DNA of 64,000 bases from Octopus vulgaris (taxonomy: Eukaryota), in the NCBI GenBank assembly GCA_951406725.2, contig OX597833.1, forward strand, positions 49,972,001-50,036,000. The letters are read 5' to 3'. Made by a program: the position numbers and the translations under genes. The stretch's first letter is position 1, and each line of letters starts with the position of its first letter. Shown piece after piece: positions 53,997 to 64,000 of this stretch. Under the pieces are notes generated by a model, which saw only the letters and a program-made list of their open reading frames with translations, was not told where the DNA came from and made no database searches.

Positions 53997-54890
53997 CATA
54001 CATACATACATACATATATATGTATATATATATATACATATATATTACATACATACACATACATACATATTTACATATATATATATGTATCTGTGTGTGT
54101 GTGTGGGTGTGTGTGTGTGTGTGTGTGCATGCACGTTCAGAGGCATATACTTGACTACGTAGTCCATGTCTAAGTTCGAATGAAAAATCTTCGCTTTCGG
54201 CTTGAAAGCCAGTTCTTTTCTTTATTGGCCAGAAATTTGATAAAGGAAACCAATACCTTCATACATACTTACGGACATGTAAGTGAAAATATAATGGGAA
54301 AATATATTTAATAAAATAATAAAATAAGAGAAGTTATCATATAAAAGAGTTGAAGAGAGAAAAATACGTTAAAGGGTCATAAAAAGGTAAAATGAAAAAA
54401 AGCTATTTGAACTGATTCGTTTTCAGTTAATAAAGAAACCTTGGATTGTATTGTATGTAGCGAAAACCTGTTACACTGCCTTAGAGAGATTGATGCTGTT
54501 TCTAGACGTGTACAGCAGGAGGTAGAAGCCATAAGAGATTGAACGAATGATTAATGAGTGTATAAGAAACCTTTAAAATAAAGAATGTTGTTACTGCCGG
54601 GTGAGACTATATTAGCAATAATGAAAGCTTCGGGGGGCTGGTTACATACAAACAAATGGAGATTATTTGTAAGTACAAGTTAAGTCTATATTGACTCAAG
54701 TTTATATACTAATGATTACAGATAGTAAATGAATCTGTTGGAGCAAGAATGGAAGTAGTGAGTGCATATTTGAGAAGACGATGTCTATATCGCCCTGAGA
54801 AAGTGGTTTATTGGTTAAAGGTGGGGAAAGTGGATTGTAGATGGAAAGAAGGTACGTTCGTCTATTCTAATACTTGTATTAATCGATGGG

Positions 54891-55275
54891 TGGAGGCGCA
54901 ATGGCCCAGTGGTTAGGGCAGCGGACTCGCGGTCGTAGGATCGTGGTTTCGATTCCCAGACCGGGCATCGTGAGTGTTTATTGAGCGAAAACACCTAAAG
55001 CTTCACATGGCTCCTGCAGGGGGTGGTGGTGAACCCTGCTGTACTCTTTCATCACAACTTTCTCTCACTCTTTCTTCCTGTTTCTGTTGTACCTGTAATT
55101 CAAAGGACCAGCCTTGTCACTCTCTGTGTCACGCTGAATCTCCTCGAGAACTACGTTAAGGGTACACGTGTCTGTGGAGTGCTCAGCCACTTGCACGTTA
55201 ATTTCACGAGTAGGCTGTTCCGTTGATCGTATCAGCTGGGATCCTCATCGTCGTAACCGACGGAGTGCTCCTAAA
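54891..55275 (+). mobile_element. SINE head C + tail a, 12-bp TSD attaatcgatgg (54878-54889 / 55276-55287)
   Basis: Head, tail and exact TSD seen. Confidence 0.95.
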
Positions 55276-55329
55276 ATTAATCGATGGATCGAGGTACACA
55301 CGCCGAGGCAGCACCTTCAAGAGTTCAGT

Positions 55330-55537
55330 GTATCTTATGATATTTTGTGTATATCGATATCTTTTCGCCGAACTGCTAATGCACGGCACATTGTATACAT
55401 ACATGCATAAATACGTACATACATACATACAGATACAATCATACTTACATACATATAAACAGACCTAGGTATACGATGTGTCGGGCATTAGCAGTTCAGC
55501 AAAAATATATCGATATACTCAAAATATCATAAGATAC
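55330..55537. repeat. Inverted repeat with ~69-bp arms (55330-55398 / 55469-55537) around a (CATA)-like spacer
   Basis: gtatcttatgatattttg...gaactgctaatgc versus gcattagcagttc...caaaatatcataagatac. Confidence 0.85.
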
Positions 55538-57812
55538 TTAGGTTTTGATTGGACAATCAAAACCTAAGTTACTTGAAATTTTTGTATTCCCTTGTCTTGC
55601 AGACTTATGTTCAAACTATTATAGCTGCGATTATCCTGTTATTTAAGAGAATATAAGATCCTTTTAGATACGGTAAGGTGTGATTTGAATGGATATTGGC
55701 TGCTGAGATTTCCTCGTTGAGTTTAGCTGTCTTCATTTATCAGAAGCTGTCTGATCGGACTGAAAAACTTAGATTTTTGTGATTCATTTCAAAATACACG
55801 TTAGTGGTAATCTACAGAATACCAACGTGCTGTACAAGAGTCCAGCTATAATGTCGCTTCACGGTGGCTTCCCAAAATGCAACATCGAACTTGTTTCGGA
55901 GTCGCTAGTGTGTTCTTCACAGCTGATACTTGTATAGTATTTCGTACTGATTGTATTCAGTTTTAACACAAAGTAATTCAAATATATTTTCCTTTCATGC
56001 CAGGCCTTACAACAATGTAAATAATGATGAATCCGAGGGGTTCTTTCTACAGGAATGTTGTGCCTTTATCCTTCCTCTGCATTTGTGCATTTGGGGATTA
56101 AAGGATAAGTCGTAAATAATCATTTGTTGATGCTGCGTTCAGACAAGGTGTTTGTTCGAGTTTTACGGCTATCAATTTCCCCCCTAAAGTCTTGTTTCAG
56201 TCATCTGACTGGGGTCATGCTGGGGCATCGCTTTGAAGGGCTTTAATCGAAATCAAATCAAATCAGTAAATCGCTCTCATGACTTTTTTCTTTTGTTTTC
56301 TTTTAAGTGTGGTACTCATTCTATCAGTATCTTTTTGCCGAGCCACTAAGTAACGGGAACCTAAGCCAACCAACACTTATCAATTTCCCTTCACAGCATC
56401 GATAAATGACTGCGAAACTCCTCCAACAATTAATATTTCGGAACAGAATACAAGACTACACTTTTTTGCAGGTCGACAATGCGTGTCTCAGTCCCAATAT
56501 TATTCCATCTCTTTCGCTGCAATTTATGTATCGTACCAAGTTCACCACCACCATAGGAATACTTGTCTTAGTCTTTCACAATTCCTTCGTCTCTTTTGCT
56601 ACGTCCAGATCTTTACTCTTTTACTATTTCATACGTTTCAGTCCTAAGGCAGTGGCCATGTTGGAGCACCGCCAATCTGTTTTCTATTTATTTGAGATCT
56701 GCTCTATTTTTCATATGGTGTTGCAAAATCTGTAATCTTACACTGTTTCTTTCCTTCCTTCTGTTTCTCCTTTTTTTCTTCTTTTTTATAATTCTCTATA
56801 ATTATATATGCTGGTCTTGCTTCAATAGTACGGTCAGTCTTTATTGGAAAATCCTATAAAATCCTATAAAATCCTGTAATTATTATTCTCTGTCACAGCC
56901 TTTGGCTCGAGTTCATATTCCTTAACGTTGTTACATTTTGTGCGCTGCCTGGCGTTGAACAGGCGAATATTTAATGTAACACACACAGAGAAAGTTTCAA
57001 CACTTAAAACTTTGACGCCATTGTTTTGTGGGTTGGAGAAACGGTATTTTTTTATTTTGCTGTAGACGTTCATATTGTTATTCTTTTTTTAGCGGAGGGG
57101 GTGAATGGGTTATGTCAAAGGGAGCAAAAAAATAAAAAAAAGAAAACCCCAAAACTGGTAATGATGCTAAACCTAATGAGATCCCGCCCAAGATATTTGT
57201 CTCAGTATAAACAAACACAACTCTTCAGAGGTGAGCTGAAAATCATCTGCTCATCTGTAATTCCAGAAATAAAAGCCATTATTAGAGAGTTTAAATATGA
57301 TATCGTTATTAGCTTGGATATCATTTCGTGTTTATATCTTTAGCGGATATCAGATCGTACAAAAAATGTGTATGTTAGTACTACATATAGTTAGAAATTG
57401 GGGGGCTGGCAACAAAAGGAGACGCTTGCTGGAATGTTCCGGGCCCCGGATTTCATACCTCCCTTAATTATCTCAAGCCTCTCATTTACACTCGGGTTTG
57501 TTCTTGTTTTCATTCTTCACGTTCTTGGCATATTTACCGCTTGTCTCTAAGTATTTTGATGGTTTCTTCATTCCATTCTCAGTATGAAATTCCATTCATT
57601 ATGTCTACCCTATCATGCAGTGTTTTTCTTTTCTCCAACCGTATTTGTTTTTGTTTCCATATTGGTACGGTATCCCAGTCACCTGCATATTCTTCCTTAA
57701 TGCAACGAAGTTATATACTTGTATTGATGTATATATATATGAATCTATGTATGTATGTATGTATATATGTATGTATGTATGTATGTATGTGTGTGTGTAT
57801 GTATGTATGAAT

Positions 57813-57868
<56 letters not shown>

Positions 57869-57879
57869 GTATGTATGCC

Positions 57880-58330
57880 ATTATTTAGTTTATTTAAGGA
57901 TTTCTTGCCAACAGAGAAAGAATCGGTTTCTAACCTTGATCTACGGTTTCTTCATTGAAAATTCACCATCAGCAAAAGGTATTTTTGTTTGTTTGTTTGT
58001 TTTTATGTATATATGTATGATTGCATGTATGTATGTATGTATGTATGTATGTATGTATGTATGTATACATACATGTATGTATATATGTATGTATGTGTGT
58101 ACGTATGTATGTGTGTATGTATGTGTGTGTGCATGTGTGTATTTATGTATGTATATATGTATGCACGTGTATGTGTGTGTATGTATGTATGTATGTATGT
58201 ATGTATGTGTGTGTGTGTATGTCATTATTCAGTTCATTTCAGGATTTCTTGCCAAGAGAGAAAGAATCGGTTTCTAACCTTGATTCAAGGTTCCTTCATT
58301 GAAATTTCACCATCAGCAAAAAGGTACGTT
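57880..58330 (+). repeat. Two direct copies of module F separated by (TATG)n
   Basis: ~105-bp unit repeated at ~57880 and ~58224. Confidence 0.85.
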
Positions 58331-58682
58331 TTGCATGTATGTGTGTATGTATCTATGTGTGTCTGTATGTATGTATGTCTATATGTATGTATGTATGTAT
58401 GCGTACATGCATACGACTATGTGTGTATGTGTGTACGTATGTATGTAAGTATGATGTATGTATGTGTATGTGCACTTGTGTGTGGTGTACGTATTCATCT
58501 ATGTCTGTATGAATGATGTATGTATATGATGTATGTATGTATATCTATGTATATACGTCCGTAAACATGTGTGCATATATATATATGCATGTATACACAT
58601 ATATGCACACACTATATTTACATATACGTATATATGTATATTTATACACACATATCTATCTATGTATCTATCTATCTACACA

Positions 58683-58760
<78 letters not shown>

Positions 58761-59183
58761 GACACAATATATGTATGATATAACAGTAGAACTACTAAGT
58801 TTATAATGTTTCCTGGTTAAATGTTTAGTTTTAAAATACGTAAGATGGAATGGGACTTTTCCCGACCAAAAATGCAAAATATGAAAGGATGTACTTGAGA
58901 AAAAAGTGGTGCGGACTAACAAGAAAGAAAAAAAAAACAGAACAAAAAATAAATAGTGCGAGGAAGAGGGCAGGCGTGGAAGTGGAGAGGATAAGTGAAG
59001 ACTAGCGAAGAGATACTAAGAGAAAGAGAGAGAGGGAGATTGAGGAGGAGACAATGAAAACAAGTAGAAGTGTAAAGAAATTGTTTAAAAAAGATACAAA
59101 ATTGTTGTGCCCTCTATTGTGTTGGTGCACTTGGGAGAGGCATGATTGTCATGCAGTCTTCTTTTAATACTTTCTCTAAGTAA

Positions 59184-60350
59184 GACGGCGAGCTGGTAGA
59201 AACGTTAGCACGCCGGGCGAAGTGCGTAGCCGTGTTTCGTCTGCCGTTACGTTCTGAGTTCAAATTCCGCCGAGGTCGACTTAGCCATTCATCCTTTCGG
59301 GGTCGATTAAACGAGTACCAGTTACGCACTGGGGTCGGTATAATCGACTTAATCCGTTTGTCTGTCCTTGTTTGTCCTCTCTGAGTTTAGCCCCTTGTGG
59401 GTAGTAAAGAAATAGGTATTTCGTCTGCCGCTACGTTTTGAGTTCAAATTCCGCCGAGGTCGACTTTGCCTTTCATCCTTTCGGGGTCGATTAAACGAGT
59501 ACCAGTTACGCACTGGGGTCGATATAATCGACTTAATCCGTTTGTCTGTCCTTGTTTGTCCTCTTTGTGTTTAGCCGCTTGTGGGTAGTAAAGAAATAGG
59601 TATTTCGTCAGCCGCTACGTTCTGAGTTCAAATTCCGCCGAGGTCGACTTAGCCTTTCATCCTTTCGGGGTCGATTAAACGAGTACCAGTTACGCACTGG
59701 GGTCGGTATAATCGACTTAATCCGTTTGTCTGTCCTTGTTTGTCCTCTCTGAGTTTAGCCCCTTGTGGGTAGTAAAGAAATAGGTATTTCGTCTGCCGCT
59801 ACGTTTTGAGTTCAAATTCCGCCGAGGTCGACTTTGCCTTTCATCCTTTCGGGGTCGATTAAACGAGTACCAGTTACGCACTGGGGTCGATATAATCGAC
59901 TTAATCCGTTTGTCTGTCCTTGTTTGTCCTCTTTGTGTTTAGCCCCTTGTGGGTAGTAAAGAAATAGGTATTTCGTCAGCCGCTACGTTCTGAGTTCAAA
60001 TTCCGCCGAGGTCGACTTTGCCTTTCATCCTTTTGGGGTCGATTAAATGAGTACCAGTTACGCACTGGGGTCGATGTAATCGACTTAATCCCTTTGTCTG
60101 TCCTTGTTTCTCCCCTCTATGCTTAGCCCCTTGTGGACAGTAAAGAAATAAGAAACGTTAGCAGGTCGGGCGAATTGCTTAGCTATATTTCGTCTGTCTT
60201 TACGTTCTGAGTTCAAATTCCGCCGAGGTCGACTTCATCTTTTATCCTTTCGGGGTTGATGAATTAAGTACCATTCGCATACCGGTGTCGATCTAATCGA
60301 CTGGCCTCCGCTCCCCGAAAATCTCGGGCCTTGTGTCTTGAATAAAAAAG
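59184..60350 (+). mobile_element. SINE family B tandem array: five 184-bp units plus an older short-tail copy
   Basis: Unit starts ggtatttcgtc at 59415, 59599, 59783 and 59967 (period exactly 184). Confidence 0.96.
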
Positions 60351-60959
60351 AATGCTTTATCTAAGTTTAAGTCTGCAGACACATGTAAGAATCATTATCA
60401 ACCATTAGCATCGTCATCATCATCTTCATCATCCTCGTCTTCATTGACGCTGTTGTCGTCGTCGTCGTCGTTACCATCATCATCATCATCATCATCACTG
60501 TGGTCATCACCATCACTGTGGTCATCGTCATGATCATGATCATCATCATCAAAGAGGCGGTAGATTGGCAGAATCATTAGAGCGCGGGACCAAGCTTCTT
60601 TACGGTATTTGTTCCGCCTCTACATTTTGAATGTTAATCCAGCTGAGATTATTTTTTATCCTTCCGGGTTCAATAAAATGAAATGAAAGTCAAGTGCTGA
60701 TTTTTGGGGACTTTAAATCAAAACACATTCATTTATGTCTTCTTCGTCGTCGTCGCTGTGGTCGTCTTCTTCTTCTTTTCTTCTTCTTCTTCTTCTTCTT
60801 CTTCTTCTTCTTCTTCTTCTTTTTCTTCTTCTTCTTCTTCTTCTTCTTCTTCTTCCCCTCCTCCCCTTCTTTTTCTTCTTTCTTCTATTCTTTTTCTACG
60901 CCTTCTTTCTCTACTTCCTCTTCCCCTTCTTCTCCTTCTTCCTCCTCCTCATCCTCATC

Positions 60960-61092
60960 CACTCAGAAGGCCATGGTCGGCCCGAGGCTATAGCAGAAGA
61001 CACTTGCCCAATGCTGCCACGCAGTGGGAATGAACCCGGAACCAATGTGGTTGGTAAGCAAAATACTTACCACACAGCCACTCCTGCGCCTA
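60960..61092 (-). mobile_element. SINE family A head, following a (TTC)n tract 60740-60960
   Basis: Family motifs. Confidence 0.88.
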
Positions 61093-61328
61093 GATTATGT
61101 AAAATTTGTGCAAAACATTTAGACAATCAGCAAATTAACGAGTTAAAAAAATGTCTGCAAGTAGTAATTATTCTGATTGAACCAGTTGTTGTTTGCCAAA
61201 TTAATCAGGAATGTAAATTAGTCAGTCTATATTGCTTTTAAATATATCTAGGAATGATTTTCTGTAGAATGTCAAAAGCTTGTATAAGTGCTCAGCTATT
61301 TAAAATGCTTTCTTGTATTTTACCATTA

Positions 61329-61612
61329 TTAGCAGTATCGCCCGGCGTTGCTTGGGTTTGTTTCGACCCTTTAGAATTGGAATTTTTGAAAAGTAAAAAT
61401 TTTGCATTATGTAGCTTGTTATTCTCTTTAAGTGAACATTTTTCTGGTTGAAATAAACCGAAAATGACGAAACAGCAGTAAAAATGTCGTAAAAAATAGG
61501 GATTTTCATAGAAAAAAACACCTTGTAAATGGTCCGATTTGAATTTTTTCTTCTACAGAATGAAGAACAAGCCTTCTTTCATACTCTCAATTTTGGTCAA
61601 TTTGCGTCGCAG
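61329..61612 (+). mobile_element. Possible non-autonomous Helitron/Helentron (HINE-like) fragment
   Basis: Start tagcagtatcgcccggcgttgcttgggt resembles the short GC-rich hairpin 5' ends of such elements; 3' end not located. Confidence 0.4.
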
Positions 61613-62901
61613 GACTTTTACGTGTTTAGGGCCTATACGGGTTTTAATCCGGCCCTGGTTGTGCCAAGGAACAAGATAGCATGGCTGCCGATAGTTCACG
61701 TCATTCAGAACTTCTCTGGGGCAAAATAACTGCAACAGCAAGAACACCAAGCACGAATACATGGGTTTCGCGTTAAGAAAATTGGCAAGGCCATCCATAT
61801 TACTTACTAGAGTAGCACTATCTTTGATTGAAAGAGGTGTGGCATTGTAAAACTCTCGGGTGTGATAAAATATGAAGGCAGAAAACTTGATACGATGTTT
61901 TGAATTGATGTTTATATGCGAAGTTTGAAGTGAAAACGCACTTTCTCCAACTTTGTTTTCTTTGTCAAGTATTTATACTGAAACTACTTAGATTGTTTAT
62001 ATGAAATATAATAAAAGTTCATAAATATTCTCTCTCGCTCTCTCTCGCTCTGTTCCTCTCACGCGCGCGCACACAAACACACGCACATGCGCACAAAAGC
62101 ATAATATTTTACACGTGTGTATTAAATACTTGTAAGATCTGATTGAAAATTGCGATAGACCCACTGAGGGTATGAAACTTTTTCATATTTATTAAGAAGA
62201 ATGCATAAAGAATTTTTCATAGCTTAAATTTAAAGCTCCCTGCTTTCATTTTTCTCTGTTGCTTGAAAGCCATGTAAGTTATTTTATGAAAAGTTAAATT
62301 TTAGGGGGGCCCCATAAGGATATTAGTTATAAAATATCGAGCACCATTTAAGCCCCCATGGGATATTAGGCCTATCTTATATAGATGGCTGTTGGATGAA
62401 GTGACACTGAGAGGAAGAACGATCGAGCAAGGGAGTGAGGGGGTGAGAGGGACAGACAGAAATAGAGAGACAAATAGACAATGAGAGAGAGAGGGAGAGG
62501 GGGAGGGAGAGAGAGATGATCTATGCAAATATTGATGTGTTGTCACAGAGGAGTAACGTGTGTAGCGGAATGGTCATCAAATGTCCAGCAGTGGAAAAAT
62601 AAAATTGATAAACAAAACGACTATATTTCATTTTGGACAGTCCATTTGTCAATGAACGAAATAAATTATTAGTTGAATCGTAAGTAGGTTCATGTTCAAT
62701 GGCGGCTAAAAGTATGAGTGCATGGCTATGTCCATATATGCATGCGTGTATGTATGCATCTACCTGTATTTTTATATCCATGTCTGTGTGTGTTCGTTTT
62801 CTATGAAACCACATTGGTTAACCTGTTATGATTTTCTACATATTTGAAAAGACCGGTCACTGCATTTTTGCCTTTGATTCTCAATTTTCATACATACACA
62901 C

Positions 62902-63211
62902 GGATCTTTTCGGTTTGAACGGCAGTTTTTAACATAATTTCTAGGTAACTAAAAACATTTAAACTTCGTATACTGGTAGAATTTGTTTATAAAACATTTA
63001 TTTCTCTGACTTTATTGAGAAAATTCTATAATTTGTAAGATATTTGTTGTTTTTTCTTCAATTTCTGCAATTTCAACCAATTACTGACGTCTATTGAGGT
63101 AAAAACATACTGTGCCGTATGAATATGTCCCTCGATACTATGGTCATAATTATGAGTGACAATTTCATATGACACCGCTAGAAAAAAACTGCCGATCAAA
63201 CCGAAAAGATC
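62902..63211. mobile_element. Second copy of the GGATCTTTTCGG MITE, inverted, lacking the TTAGGG segment
   Basis: TIRs and internal homology to 46901-47315. Confidence 0.9.
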
Positions 63212-63216
63212 ACACA

Positions 63217-63274
<58 letters not shown>

Positions 63275-64000
63275 TATATGTATGTGTGTGAACACTGAAA
63301 ATCAAATATGAAAGTTTAGTGCAGGACCATTTCAGAGTATATTTAATAGCATATCTTTGATGCAAGTCTGAGAAAATGCCTATCCAATGCCTAAAACGGC
63401 AAATATTACGTAAATTTCCTTTTAGAATTTTCGTGTAAACTGGCGTTGGAAACGGAGTTGGTACGGAAACTTTTGTAACTTATAAAGTATTAAAGAACTT
63501 TCTTTGTCTTCTTTTCATTGGTTTACGTGTGTGTATGTATGTATGTATATACATATATATATATATATGTGTGTGTGTGTATATATGTATGTATGTATGT
63601 ATATACACAGACATATATTCATATATATGCACATATATCTATATGTATATGTGTGTGTGTGTGCGTGTGTGTATAATCAATAATCATAACGGGTAAAATT
63701 TATTAATCAATTAATAATTAATAATTTTACCAAGAGGTTCGGTATGTTAAAAGAACCATAATCGGTAACTTTATACAAAAATTCTATAATTATAAGCATA
63801 ATCATAATTAGGGTTCAGCAAAAAGTGCTTCACCACATACCGAAATTTAGTAATAGCAGTTAAATACCACTACCATAAGATATCCCCCAGCAGTAATATT
63901 CTCAGCTCACGCAGTTAAAGAGAAAATAATAATAATAATAACGAATCCACTCGGCTTTGATTAACTATATACGCGTTGCTGGGTTAAAGAGATGTAAAAA

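Noticed and set aside
59184-60350. CRISPR-like regularly spaced repeats
   Set aside because: Whole units are repeated with no unique spacers, no cas genes, eukaryotic context.

Overview
Eukaryotic, AT-rich, microsatellite-saturated DNA. The SINE repertoire and repeat texture point to a coleoid cephalopod, most likely Octopus; this is an inference from pattern recognition. Nearly every ORF in the supplied track is a microsatellite or SINE artefact. The only well-supported host coding sequence is a 62-nt minus-strand exon (3653-3714) encoding the C-terminal end of a CUB domain, so much of the window may be intronic. The rest is a dense mobilome. It has four tRNA-derived SINE head types (called A-D here) with exchangeable tails and two 5'-truncated CR1/L2-group LINE relics, one sharing its 3' stem-loop tail with SINE A. 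It also has a Dong/R4-like restriction-endonuclease relic, a Penelope GIY-YIG fragment, a maT/mariner fragment and MITEs. Short microsatellite-embedded modules carry minimal hammerhead-ribozyme motifs or long fold-back palindromes. The most interesting items are a hammerhead variant family with a CUGU core, the SINE/LINE tail covariation, the head-by-tail SINE shuffling matrix, and a SINE that self-concatenates into a 184-bp array with a 368-bp higher-order repeat. All coordinates and alignments were read by eye.
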